From contig NW_003314309.1 of assembly GCF_000143415.4 (NCBI RefSeq), positions 1,400,572 to 1,464,571 of the forward strand: a stretch of 64,000 nt of DNA, in the 5' to 3' direction. The stretch is from Selaginella moellendorffii (lineage: Eukaryota > Plantae > Lycopodiophyta). Numbering within the stretch: the first letter of the stretch is position 1; every line of letters starts with the position of its first letter. The notes below the pieces were generated by a model. That model was not told the origin of the DNA and made no database searches. It saw nothing but the letters and a program-made list of their open reading frames with translations. Position numbers and translations under genes: made by a program. Below are positions 13,534 through 26,110 of the stretch, piece after piece.

Positions 13534-16500
13534 TCAAGTGGCAGCGTCGACGGACGGCGCAAGAACCGATCCCAGAAATGGAGACGCGCTCTTCTTTAGC
13601 GATCCGCCATTGACACTCGCCGGGAGTCCATTTCCCATGCTCGTCCATCCCTCCATGGAGTCCACCTCTACGTCCTTGTGCGTGTAAACAACTCCCCGGT
13701 CGCCTTGGACGACCTGACCGTTCCCTCGTAGCAACCTGGACAGGAGAAAGTGAGCGCCGGATGGAATCAAACCACGCAAGTCTCTATCATACCAGCGAGT
13801 TGTGAGAAGACCCTCTACGCCAACAGGCCCTCTTGCGTGGATCCGGCTTGTGCTGATTCCAACCTTGAAGGAAAGTTGGAAAAGCTTAGTATCATCTAAT
13901 GCTGGAAATGTAAAAGAAAAAGTACCTCCGCTCCGAGACCAAAGCGTGTTCCGTCCGAAAACCGGGTGCTTGCGTTGTGGAAGACTGCAGCACTGCCATT
14001 CCAATAACCGGGTTTCAAATCACAGCCAAAAGAGAAAAGAGAAGTCGGAAAAAAACAGCAAACCTGTCCAATTGTTGCAAGAATAGCTCCGCGACTTCCT
14101 TGTCCTCCGTTACTATGCAGTCGGTGTGCGCACTGGAAGAAACGACAGTTCGCAACAAGCGACATCAGGCCAGACAACGCACCTCCCGTGTTCGTGAATG
14201 TGATTTATGGCGGCGTGAACGTCTTTTACGACCTCCACGGTGCATGCTAATCCACTGTATTCATGGTGGAACTTGGTCATTTTCGGAATGTTGAGAAGCT
14301 TTGACGCTCTTTCCCCACCATTTAGTGTCACTCCTGGATAGCGGTTATAAGTTAGAAGAAAACAAAATGTGTAGCGACAAAACAAACCTGCAGACTTCAA
14401 TGCGGACGCTAGCGTCTCCAAGCCTCCAGTATCAACTAGATCCTCATGGACCAGTAGAGTTTCCTGCATTAGAAAAAAAGGGAAAGAAAATAAGCGATCG
14501 GTCAGTAACTGAAATGCATGTGAAACGGAATTCTGTACCATAGCGTTGCATGCGGCTGGATAATCTACTTTAGAATCAATGGCGATCTTTGTAGCGACGT
14601 CCAGACGGGCAGCCTTATCTACGTAGACATGGCAGATACCATCTAAAAGGTTTTCCATGTGTCAGAAACAGCTTTCGCAACGCGAGGACAAATTTTCGCA
14701 ATGCGAGGACAAAAGTAGCATACCGGCATGGCCCAGCACAGGAATTTTCGTAGACTCCTTGATTTGTGAAACAAGTTTATTGCTTCCTCTTGGTATAACG
14801 AGGTCAATAACATCGTCAAGCTGAAACCCATGGTAAGAAACGAGCTAACAGCACGAAAGTATAGTTACCTTGAGAAGATCTGGTATCTCATCCCTCGACG
14901 TAACAAGACCAATGAGCTCTTTTCCCACAGACTTTGGCAGCGCCTCCGTAATCACCTACATTTAGAAACACCACCGTGTAAAGGCACGCTACCAGCGACA
15001 ACTTACAAACTGACCTTGTGCAGTATGGCATTAGAACGGGTAGCCTCTTTACCACCCTTGAGTAGCAGGCCATTTCCACTTTTAATGGCCAGGGAGGCAA
15101 TCTGCAAAATAGTAACGATATAAAGGGGACAAAAATTTTAAAAATCCAGCACCGTACCTGGACGAGTGCATCGGGGCGAGACTCGAAAATAACAAGTATA
15201 ACCCCCAAAGGACAGGAAGTTTTGTCCAAAGTAAGGTTCTCCGCGACCTAGTAGTTGCAAAATAAGAATGTTGAGAATCAATACATCCCTTCTAATGAGC
15301 TCACTTCAGTCCTCTGCAAAATACTACCAATTGGTTCTCTCATATCTGCGAGGGCCCGGACTGCCTTGGCCAAATCAGCAATCTGCAGGAAAGTAAAAAA
15401 CAAGATATCGAAGGATAATGGCTATAACAATCAACAAGAACAAACCTTGCCAGGCTTAAGAGTCAGCCTGCTGAGTAGCGGCTTTGCGATGCCCAACTCT
15501 TCGGCCAACCTTACATCTGCTTGGTTCTCACTTCGAATAGTCTCTTCGTTTCTCTCGAGCGCGTCTGCAACGTTGTACAAAATGTTTTGACGCTCCCCGG
15601 ACGTGAGACTCTGCAAGCCAGGATTAGCAACTCCAGACGCGGTACGTTAAAAGACAAACTCAACCTGCAAGCGCCGACTTGAATCCCTTGCAGCCACAGC
15701 CATCAACCGGGCATCATTATTTATCGTAAGAGTCCAAATATGTGCATCCTTATGAAACAAAGTCCCGATAGAATCCCCCCTCAAAACCCTATGAAATCCG
15801 TCTGGAGTGTATCCACTGCGCACAGGAAGAAGAACCATGAGAAACTTTCAAAGTAGAACTCGACGTGTACCTGGTAATAACAACCGGAATACCAGCAGAT
15901 GCAACTTCCCTCGCAGCAGTCACCTTGGTCGTCATCCCTCCTCTACCATACCTTGACTTCTCGCCAAAGGTGATGGTTTCGTGTTCAGCAGGAATGTACG
16001 TGCTGATCAATTTCGAGGAAGGATCGGAAGGAGGTCCCGTGTAAAGACCCTCAACGTCACTCAGCAGGATTAGCAGGTCCACTTTTAGTTCCAGAGCCAG
16101 CAAAGCCGCCAGGCTATCGTTGTCCCAAAAGATGCCCGAAGAATCCTGTAGAGAAAACGCTCGTTATGTTTCAACGTCATAGAAGTTTCAATATAACCAA
16201 CCTTGTATGGAGCTCTCCTCGTACTCATTGCATCGTTCTCGTTAAAAATCGGCACAACCCGTAGTTGCAACAACGTATCGACGGTCTCACAGAGCTGCTT
16301 TCTAAACTCGGGATCAATAAATTCCCTGTCCGTCACAAGGAGCTGCGACGAAGCAACATCCAGCTGGAAAAACACATCCAAGGTGACCACGATCGAGAAA
16401 AGAAATCAATCATCGACCCAGCAAGAATTAAAGAATCAAACCAACCTGGCTGAAAATACTATCGTACAAAGCCATCAGCCCGGCTTGACCGATGGCAGCA

Positions 16501-17145
16501 CAAGCTTTTCCGCTCAACTCGGCTTGCGGCTTTTGCAGATCTGCAAAGCTGGAACACAATCGTGAAGCTTGTCAGTTCTTTTTTTCATGTGGAAAGGTAC
16601 CCTTTCCACATGAAGCTCGCAAGCGGGCAAGTCAAACACGACGATCACCAAAGCAACTTCACCTAAACAAACGAAAAGGAAGCAGAAGTGGTGAATGACT
16701 CTTCTAACTTGCCTGCTGTTCATCATGCGCTGCTGTCGAAGCTTCTGACGCCCGACAGCCACAGCACCAGAGGTTACAACGATCACCTCGATATGATCAT
16801 CCATAATGTCCTTCACCTGGAAAAAAAATTCCCCGTCATGCCTCGAGAAAGAGAAAAAAGAAAGAAAAAAATCGTCCTTTCCAGCGCGGGCAGCGAGGAG
16901 GAGGAGAAGAGCAAATTCTTGCTTACTTGCTCGCACAATGCACCAAGCCGGCCAACAGCGAGCTTCCCATCCGGGCGCGTCACGACCGACGTTCCAACCT
17001 TTGGCAAAGCAAGCGCAAAGCACAACGAGAATTTCTCAGACACCGAGAGGAGGAGAATCACTCCAAAATATTTCGCTCATACCTTGACAATCACGCGTCG
17101 CACATCCCTCGTGAATTCCCGCGATGGATCGATCTGCTGCCTCAT
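13534..17145 (-). CDS. P5CS: Delta-1-pyrroline-5-carboxylate synthase (multi-exon)
   Basis: [85 protein letters not shown]. Confidence 0.97.
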
Positions 17146-17598
17146 TGTGGCGCGGGGGATAGATCGATCCGGCGGCCGCGCGACGGGAGGATTCCAATGC
17201 AGCTAGCTGGCGTGTGGCGCGGCGCCGCGATGGCGATGGCGATGGCGCGCGACCCAGTCAAGAAGAGCCCTAAGCGCTAAGCCGCCGTGAGCTACCGCCG
17301 CGTCCACTCCCTAAACAAGCAGCCCCTTGAAAGAAAGAAAATTTAGCAAAAATCGGTATATATACGAGTTTTTGTGCAATGGAGGAGGGCATGCGAGCTA
17401 TTTAATGGAGAGTAGACAGTCAGTGAGCAGTGCCAGTCTCAAATATCACGACAAAGGCTCTTCTTTTTTTCCTTCTTTCTTTCTTCTGGTCCATGGATTC
17501 GCCATTCCAGCTTCTCGGCCATAGAGAGAAATTACTGTGCCGCGAGAGCGATGAACTTTACCTCGCAAGCACCGTGAAATTCATGGAGAGAGTTTCGC

Positions 17599-20500
17599 TT
17601 AGATGAAAACTTTGGTGGCCTCGTCGTCAAGTCTCTTCTCGCGCTTGGTGTGCACGATCTTTTCTAGCACGGCTTGTTCCAGCGGTGTTGGATCAGTGCA
17701 TCGCTCGGCAGCAGCAGCGCAGACCTGAGAAAGAGAAAGAGCTTGTCGATAAGAACCGAGAGTTTTGTTTTGCTTGCCTCGTCGAGGAGGAAATCCACCA
17801 CATTGTCATCGTCGACCACTTCCCGGAGCGGGTCTCTCAAGTACTGCGTGTCCAGTTGGATTTGCTGGAAGCCACAACGGCTAAACGTTTCAAGTCGGAC
17901 GTACTCTTGGAAGCTCTTGAGAGCGATCTTGACAACCATGGAGATTACCGATGCCTGGGAGAAGAATCGAAGCGAAAGACGAGCTTTAGAGCAAGTTGGT
18001 GATGTGAGTTTTTCATACCTGCGTCAGTTCGGGCCTGGTGAATATCTCAACTCTTTGCTTGAACAGCTTTGCTACGTCCCGCTCGAGTAAGTGCGTCTTT
18101 CCACGGTTGTTTAGCCTGCTGGAGCGAGAATCCCCGCGGGTGGTGTTACTGCTGCGAGTGGAGCTTGAGCTTCCGGCGCTATCAGAACGACGATGGCTCT
18201 TTCCAGGTTCCAATACTTGCTTCACCTCTCCTTCCATTCCTTTCACCTTCGCAACCGGCTACGTGAGATCTTTGGACGAGAAAGAATGATACGCGTTACC
18301 TCGTCCAATAGCAAGTCTGCAAACATCCGAACGTCCCTGGGCTCTTTGTACTGGTTGCAGAGCATTTCAGTTAGCCAGTCACCAGAGAAAGTTGGTATTA
18401 CCTGGAGCCAGTTCGGCGTTGTAATGCTCTTGCAGATCATGATGGAAAGCTTTCGTGATCGGACATCAATGAACTGCAAAGGAAGATATCAGCAATGCCT
18501 GACCAACATAATGTTTACTAACCTGACGCAAAAACTTCTCTGCTGCAGCACGAAACGCTCTGCAAATCTCGGAAGGAAGAAATGCAGGACGATCACCCAG
18601 TGAACCACCAATGAAAGAATCGCCTACTGCCTGCAAATTGATATGAGTATGAATTTCAGCTGATTATCCGCATAGTCGTACCTCTGTAATTCTCGGAACT
18701 CCTTCCTGCTCGATAAACGTAGACAAACGAGATAGAAGCAAGACGAATCCCGGAGCAGGAGAACCCAGGCGTTGATCAGAACCTTCGCCTTGGGTTGCAC
18801 TGGCCAATGACAACGAGATGAAGTGGTCCACAAGGGATCCAAAAAACTCTTGAAAACCGCTTTGAACGAGGTCAATATAAGCGTCCCTCCAGCTGACCAG
18901 AAAATCCACACTGTCGTCTAATAGCTGAGTGAGGTCCTGTTAAGAGAAGGTAATGTGCCTTGGAATAAAACGAACTCCAAGTTAATACCTTCAGAACTTC
19001 AAGTCCCCCATTAACAATTAAATTTTGCACGTTTTCAAGGGATAGAAGTAACGGCTTTTGCTGGTCCTTGGCCTGCTCTTGCTTGGGAGAGTGAATATCC
19101 GAAAGAGCACCTGTTAAGTAGCTTTATAACCAACTTTGAAGGGACTACACAAAGATCGGACCTGTTACTTGGGCGTATAGCACCTTGAACTTGTGGTTGA
19201 CGTGTTGTTTAACAGCCGACTCGACAGCCTGTAAGTAAACCAGTAAGCATTCCAGTCCTTGAAGGAAATAACAGACTCTAACCTGTATGGCACCGTCAAT
19301 AAACCCGGCTTCCGGCATCACTTCGTGCATTTTGGCTACATCAGCAGATAAACTTTCTGCAAACGATCAATCAAAGTGATGAAAGGAGTGTCGAGACTGA
19401 AGGACACAAACTTAGTAAGGAAATCAACTCCGCGGCAGAAAGGCTTCCAGCTTCCGGCTGCAACGATACATTGACGTTTGCAAAGTACCTGAGAGTGATG
19501 AAAGTTAGGAAGTCACAAAATTGTGGCAAGACTGACTTGTCCAAAAGATCTTTCGCAGCTTCGTTAAGACGACTTTCCCCCGTTGGAAATATGGATCGAA
19601 ATGCCGTTGCTGTTTGAGTAAATTCGGAAATAAATTTCTGTGAAAAATTCTTCAGTTAGTCTCACTTATGCATTGAATTACCTTAGAGTCATCGGGAGAC
19701 TTGCTTTTGTGCGACAAAGTTTGAAGTTCTAAAAGGTGTTTCATGTTGCTTGTCAAGAACCCATCCATCAGAACATCAACCTAGGAAATAGTTCAAAGAT
19801 AAAAATTGTAAGTACGTTACTAAAAATCCATCCGGTATACAACCCCACCGGGAACTTGAGTTGTTGAAGCAAGGCCACTGCTTCAGCTCGCCCAGGCAAT
19901 GGTTCAGAATCTGCTAAGAACTTGGCCTGGAAAAAAGTGTGACAACCAGAACTTCAAGAAAAAAACAGTAGAAAATGCACCTGAAGGCGCTTTGAGATCG
20001 TCGCAATCACCTCCTCGCTCTCCTGTTTACACGTTCTAAAAGACGAGCTACCATAAGTCTCTAATACTGGGCTCGCTCCCACGTAAAACTTCACCGCCTG
20101 AGCATAATCTCCTTCTTTCAAGCACTTCCTCAAGCGTTTTGGGAGGTCAAAAACGAACTGATACGGCACTTTCCCAATCAGGCATAGAAACAAGGATAAG
20201 ACATCGTTTCTTTACCTGGACTTTCCGTAGCAGACTTCGTGTGCCATTTAATTCTTCTATCCGTCCTCTTCTCTCAAACAGCGAGGCGTTTATGTTATCA
20301 CTTTTCGTTCGCACTGCTGTCACCTAGCAATTCTGAAATCTATGAGCATGAGCTCAACGATCTCGAAGGCACTCCCACCTTTTCCAGAAGCTGCTCCATG
20401 TTGGATTCCATGCCCGCGACATTATCCTTCATCCTGCAAGCTTCTACTGTCATACGTTTGCTAGAAAGTCCTGGAAGCGAAGCAAAACGAGTTTCACGTA

Positions 20501-20915
20501 CACCTTGATAGTGTCTGTCGCACTGATGAACTTGTTGTAGTTCTCGTACACCAGCATTTGCATATCACTGTCCAAGTTCTTGATCTCCGCGGCCATTTCG
20601 ACGTGTTTCTTGAGCAAGGTCGGTAAATTCGTTTTCCTGACCTGCGCAGACAGACAAAAAGAAGTTTCACCTCTCGATCTCCCCCGGAAGTAAAAAATGC
20701 GGCAATGCAATGCTATGCACCAGAGAAGCCATGTAGCGCTCCGGCTCGAAACCCTTGGTGTTGATCTGGAGCAGAGTATCCCGGCGCCTGGCGCTGACAC
20801 CTCCATCGCCGGGAGCATCCAGATCGAAGTCACCGGAATCGGACTCGTCGGATTTGTAGAAGCTGCTGAGGAGCTCCCGGACGCGCCGCGCCTTCTCGTC
20901 CAGATCCTCCGCCAT
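17599..20915 (-). CDS. VPS51: Vacuolar protein sorting 51 (GARP subunit), multi-exon; last intron 17725-17777 is GC-AG
   Basis: [72 protein letters not shown]; stop after ...EATKVFI. Confidence 0.95.
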
Positions 20916-21079
20916 GGGAGGAGGATCCAAATCGCCCCCAACCCTAACCCTGGGTTTAGTAGCTACCGCCAAAAACCAAAGCTTAAACAGATCCTGCAAG
21001 AAAACTGAGACTTTCACGAAGTTCCAATTAATCTATAAACATCGATTGTCCATCCAACTCAATTGCCTCACAAATCATC

Positions 21080-21500
21080 ATGTCTCCTCGTGTTTCATGC
21101 TCCTCCATAGCTATCTTAGCACTAGTTCTAGAGATTTTGATCATGGCCGAGTCCTTGGATCATGATCATCGCACCGCATTTCAATCCTGCTGGCCAGATC
21201 CCAGCGCCTGGGACACCTTCAACTCCTCCATCGATGGAAGGCTCATCGAAGTCTTGCCTCCAGCGGCGCCCTGTCACAGCTTGCGAAATCGTGCGAGAGA
21301 AATGGAGCTCGCCATTTTGGAGGTCGGATCAGCCGCAGTCCAGCAACTGGGAAGCAAGCGGCAACCAGAGCTGCCTCATCTCCTCCCCTCCCAACTCGAG
21401 CTTCTCGCGCTCTGTTCCAGTCTACTCTGTGAATGCCTCGACTCCATCTCACGTCCAAACTGTGGTGAAGTTTCCATCCGCCAAGAACATCCACACCGGG
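21080..21500 (+). pseudogene. Truncated, frameshifted copy of the BBE-like FAD oxidase
   Basis: Near-identical to the 5' part of the gene at 26111, with deletions (missing ESHFDEQ, GAM) and frameshifts. Confidence 0.92.
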
Positions 21501-22368
21501 CGATCTGGCACTGGATCAGGCACTGGTGATGTAAGCTGGCCATTATGCCAGGAAATCTATCAATCAGTAGAACACTACAAGTTGTTTACTTTGATGTCCA
21601 GACTACTGCTCTCCTCAATGTCGATTTATGGTCCTGGGAATTGATCGTTGACGACAACAATCTCAACTTTGTGCTGCATAGCCTTCTGATCTTCTCGGGT
21701 AATCTATGAAGAGAACAAATTGTTCTTTCACTTGGAAAATGGAAGAAAAGTACATTGAATTTGTAGAAATTTATTTGCTGTTTGTTCAAAATCCACATAT
21801 TTCTATTGATCACACCGTTATCAAGATCCATGAAACTAAAACACCCCACATTGAGGTTGTTTAAATTGACTACCTTCAAACTAACTTCTCAATATCTGAA
21901 CAATACTTATATGGTTGAAACATTCATGATGTTCCTTTTAAGTCTTTATTATCCAAGCAACCTTAAGTGAACACCCAACCGAAAACTAGATGGTTAATTA
22001 TAAATTTTAATTAAGTAACATTGTGTTTGTTTTCTTGTGATCCATGCTCTTTTAATATGCAATTGTATTATTGAATAATAATACACTTAATAGTGAGATC
22101 TAAATGTACTTGAAAATTAAATCTTTTGATGCTTGATATGACATTTTTATATGCTTTGTTACGTACATAAAAAAAATTATGTAATATAACCATTCACGAC
22201 ATAAAGAATAAAATAATTACTTATGGTAGCTAAAAGTCATTCAATGGATATATTTTTTATGTGCTCAAGTATATTATATTTTTGTTTGCTTTAGGAATAA
22301 CCAATTTGCAAGGGACAAGTAAATAAAAATACAGTCACATTTGATATATAAATGAACTAATATCCCCT

Positions 22369-22456
22369 ACAATGAGTTCTTGGCGATAAAGTCACTGTGA
22401 AAGCTCATGTTCTTCATCTGGTGAAGCCAGATGTTGAGAGATCCAGCCGCAGTGCC
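22369..22456 (-). pseudogene. Inverted BBE-like fragment (TAAGSLNIWLHQMKNMSFHSDFIAKN)
   Basis: Matches the segment just after the point where the 21080 pseudogene stops. Confidence 0.8.
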
Positions 22457-22479
22457 AATGTCACACCCACAGCATTGGA

Positions 22480-23010
22480 TCAAGATTCTCCATGCTAGAT
22501 TTCCAATATCCTCGTAAACTTGGGCCATGTCATTCCAAGAAACAAGATCTTGCCTTGAAATCCTGTCGAGCTCCACGATTGTGGCCCCAAACTCCACACT
22601 AGCGCAACAATCATCGAAGTGGCGCTAATCTCAACATTCGATTGCCTCATGTTTAGCTGTGTGAACACCGCAATGAGCGTGTTCCACAAACACAGCTAGT
22701 CAAAGCATGAGGTTAGAGACGCATAGTTGCATCAGTGCATTCCAAGCGACGACATTGCGTATGATTCAAACGGCGAGGAATGCTCTGGTAGCACGCACGA
22801 GAGCCACAGTGTATGGAGAGTTCTCATCATTCATCCAAAACAGAGCTAACCATTCTTGCAGTCAGGCGAGCAAAAACCAAAAGAGCTTGTCATCGTGATA
22901 AGAACTCCATTCCATCGATTTTCTAGCCATTGATCTTCGTGCTAGCATGGGTTTAGCATGCATATGTAGTTGTGACAAGACCCATGCAACGTCATACCAT
23001 GGCCTGTAAA
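22480..23010 (-). pseudogene. Decayed PPR gene fragments
   Basis: RNVVAWNALM, LWNTLIAVFTQ, QDLVSWNDMAQVY motifs with stops/frameshifts. Confidence 0.7.
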
Positions 23011-23487
23011 TTACATATTGGTTCCTTAAGCAATCAACATGTAGTATATGTACATTTTATCTCTACTTTATTTTCTTACAAATTAATTGTCATATGAAAG
23101 GAAACAAGGAACATAGTGACCAACGTTATCCCACTCTGATAGGGCCGTGACAAACCATCCCCGTATTTTCCTCTGATAATTCTCAATTGGAAAATCACTT
23201 GCAGAAAAAAAAAATGGATGATGAATTCCTCCCCTCCTATTAAATAGAGTGGAAGTAACAAAAGGTGATTAGGACCTTTCATCCAAACCAAGAAGGTGGA
23301 TTATTATGTTATGTTTTGGAGGTGATTGCTCAGTTTTCTACTCCTACCAGGAGTGTCACATATCCTCTATTTCCAAAATTTTAACTTTGCTCAGTCACGA
23401 CAACTGAGCAAAATAAACAACAAAATAAACAAAACTCCTCTTGCTGAAGATTCTATAAAATAGAATTATAAATTTAAGCTAGGAAAG

Positions 23488-23706
23488 TTCCAGAGTTTTG
23501 TGGCTAACTTCATGGCATTGTCTGCTGCTCGTCGCGCAAAATCGATACCTTGCGTAGCACACCCGCTGTCCGCGACACACACACTGATCAATCTCCTTTG
23601 GGTTCATCCCATAGTCAGCTAGGACTATAGACACGAGGAGGGTGTGGCTGCAAGCCGAGAAGATGCTGACGATCCCGTGTTACCTCGAGACTTTTCCAAG
23701 AGAGAT
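23488..23706 (-). pseudogene. Deletion-riddled remnant of the 3' end of the PPR gene at 28114-29805
   Basis: catggcattgtctgctgctcgtcgcgcaaaatcg...gtggctgcaagccgaga...cctcgagact match 28141-28512. Confidence 0.85.
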
Positions 23707-23787
23707 AGTCAAACCATAGCACTTCCACGAAGTTCCAAGTTATCGATAAACATCCAGCATTCACACTCGATTGTCTCACAAATCACA

Positions 23788-25542
23788 ATGTCTCCTCCTG
23801 TTTCTTGCTCCTCCATCGCTATCTTAGCACTGATTTTGCTCGTTGCCGATGCCCGGTCGTCCTTGGATCACGATTGTTTGTGCACCGCATTTCAATCCAG
23901 CTGCTGGCCAGATCCCAGCGCCTGGGACACCTTCAACTCCTCCCTCGATGGAAGGCTCGTCAAAGTCCTGCCTCCAGCGGCGCCCTGTCACGAGAGCCAC
24001 TTCGATGAGCAAGCTTGCCAAATCGTGCGAGAGAAATGGAGCTCACCGTTCTGGAGGTCGGATCAGCCGGGAGCCATGCAAGCCAGCAACTGGGAAGCCA
24101 GCGGCGACCAGAGCTGCCTCATCTCCTCCCCTCGCAACTCGAGCTGCTCGCAGGGCTCCGTTCCAGTCTACGCCGTGAATGTCTCCACTCCATCTCACGT
24201 CCAATCTGCGGTAAAGTTTGCATCCGCCAAGAACATCCGGCTAGTGATCAAGAACACCGGGCACGACTTCTTTGGAAAGAGCACTGCGGCTGGATCTCTC
24301 AGCATCTGGACGCACCACATGAAGAACATGAGCTTCCACGACGACTTTGTCGCCAAGAGATGCTCAGTGTCCCCGGTATCGGCAGTGACGGTCGGAGCTG
24401 GAGTCCAGTGGGAGGAGCTCTACCAGGCAGTGTTCAAGCAAGGTAAAGTGATCGTCGGGGCTGGGGGTGTTACTGTTGGAGCTGCCGGTGGATATCCACA
24501 GGCCGCCGGACATAGTCCAATCTCTCCAGCCTTCGGCCTCGCAGCGGACAATGTCTTGGAGTATGAAGTCGTGACGGCTGCTGGAGATCTCGTTGTTGCT
24601 AACGGCTGCCAAAACGAGGATCTCTTCTGGGCTCTTCGAGGGGGCGGAGGAGGAACTTTTGGAGTCGTGGTCTCTGCTACACACCGGACGCATCCGCAGC
24701 TGGAAAATCTCGCCTTCGCTGGCTACTCCATCAATGCCAGCGATAGATCCAGCTTCGTGGACTTGCTCACAAACTTTGCCGTGATCCATCCCAGTCTCTC
24801 GGAAGCTGGATGGTCGGGATACTTCGGACTGTCCAGCCAGAGCTTGCAGGTCTCGTATCTTCTTCCCAACAAGGACGTGTCTTTCGCAAAGTCGACGCTA
24901 GCACCGTTCCTGGACTACGTTGAGAAGCATCCAAAGCTCCAAAGAAATGGAAGCGTAGTCTCTCTTTCATCGTTCCAAGAGTATTACTCGCAATTCCTGT
25001 GTGGAGGCCAGAATTCCTGCGTCAACTCCAACGGCTCCGCCACTCCCCTCCGTCTCTCCTCCAGGCTAATCCCAAAATCCCTCTTCCACAACCGCAAATC
25101 CGTGGAGCCGCTCTCAGATGCCCTTGTCTCGATCCTGGAGCGCTACTCGCCTCCGACGATCTTTGGCGCATTCGTGGCCGGCGGAGCAGTGGCAAGGCCG
25201 CGAGATGAGAATGCCGTGAATCCGGCATGGCGCCGAGCCCTTTTGTTCGTGATTATCGGCAGCGGCTGGAGAGATGGGGCGAGCCTGGAGGAGCAGCGAG
25301 AGGTTGCAAGGAATGTGAGCGCCGCGAACAAGCTGCTCATCGATCTGACGCCCGGATCGGGAACTTACATCAACGAGGCGGATTTCAACGAGCCGGACTG
25401 GCAGCAATCCTTCTTCGGCGAGCACTACCCTCGCCTCCAGGCCATCAAGAGCAAGGTCGATCCATCCGGCCTCTTCCGCTGCCATCACTGCGTCGGTAGC
25501 GAGAAGTGGAGCAATGACCTAAATTGTCCAAGGAAACATTAG
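23788..25542 (+). CDS. Secreted FAD-linked oxidoreductase, BBE-like/VAO family (fungal-type signature), intronless
   Basis: Signal peptide MSPPVSCSSIAILALILLVADA; RLVIKNTGHDFFGKS; LFWALRGGGGGTFGVV; YINEAD...YPRLQAIKSKVDP. Confidence 0.93.
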   Translation: MSPPVSCSSIAILALILLVADARSSLDHDCLCTAFQSSCWPDPSAWDTFNSSLDGRLVKVLPPAAPCHESHFDEQACQIVREKWSSPFWRSDQPGAMQASNWEASGDQSCLISSPRNSSCSQGSVPVYAVNVSTPSHVQSAVKFASAKNIRLVIKNTGHDFFGKSTAAGSLSIWTHHMKNMSFHDDFVAKRCSVSPVSAVTVGAGVQWEELYQAVFKQGKVIVGAGGVTVGAAGGYPQAAGHSPISPAFGLAADNVLEYEVVTAAGDLVVANGCQNEDLFWALRGGGGGTFGVVVSATHRTHPQLENLAFAGYSINASDRSSFVDLLTNFAVIHPSLSEAGWSGYFGLSSQSLQVSYLLPNKDVSFAKSTLAPFLDYVEKHPKLQRNGSVVSLSSFQEYYSQFLCGGQNSCVNSNGSATPLRLSSRLIPKSLFHNRKSVEPLSDALVSILERYSPPTIFGAFVAGGAVARPRDENAVNPAWRRALLFVIIGSGWRDGASLEEQREVARNVSAANKLLIDLTPGSGTYINEADFNEPDWQQSFFGEHYPRLQAIKSKVDPSGLFRCHHCVGSEKWSNDLNCPRKH

Positions 25543-25884
25543 GGTTCATATAAATACTTTGCAATAACATGGGAGATTAGGTCACAATCGCGCATTATTG
25601 GTTTGACGCTATGGTTTTTTTATTTCTTTCCATTAGGTGGTGAACGTTACCATCATCAAACATCTCGCGTGGCATATCAATAGCCATTTGAGAATTGTCA
25701 AACCTTTGAACAAATTCACGCTTGCAGGAGAAAAAGGATGATGAACGATGAGCGATTTATTTTTGTCTAAGGACCTTGACTCGATCGTGTCTGATGAGCT
25801 TGACTCGCTCCTAAACGCCATCCAACGATTATAAGATTTTTACAATTTACAATGACATTATCCAGCATGTGGCTGACCAAGAGA

Positions 25885-26030
25885 TCGATCCAGCACATTT
25901 AGTGATCGATCCAGCACATTTAGTGATCCTCCTTGAGGATCATCTCATATATCTGGCAACTGCCGAGAGGATGCTGACGAAGAAAACCACCTTCCACTCC
26001 AGTGTTCTCCGAGACTCTTCCAAGAGAGAC
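25885..26030 (-). pseudogene. Second remnant of the PPR 3' end
   Basis: gatcgatccagcacatttagtgatcctccttgaggatcatctc...gccgagaggatgctgacga...cgagactcttccaagagagac match 28314-28513. Confidence 0.85.
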
Positions 26031-26110
26031 AGTCAAACCATAGCACTTCCACGAAGTTCCAAATAATCTATAAACATAGATTGTCCATCTCAATCGTCTC
26101 ACAAATCATC

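Noticed and set aside
23644-23787. N-terminal extension of BBE copy 1 in the ORF track
   Set aside because: Starts at GTG within PPR-derived remnant DNA; the signal peptide and paralog alignment indicate ATG 23788.
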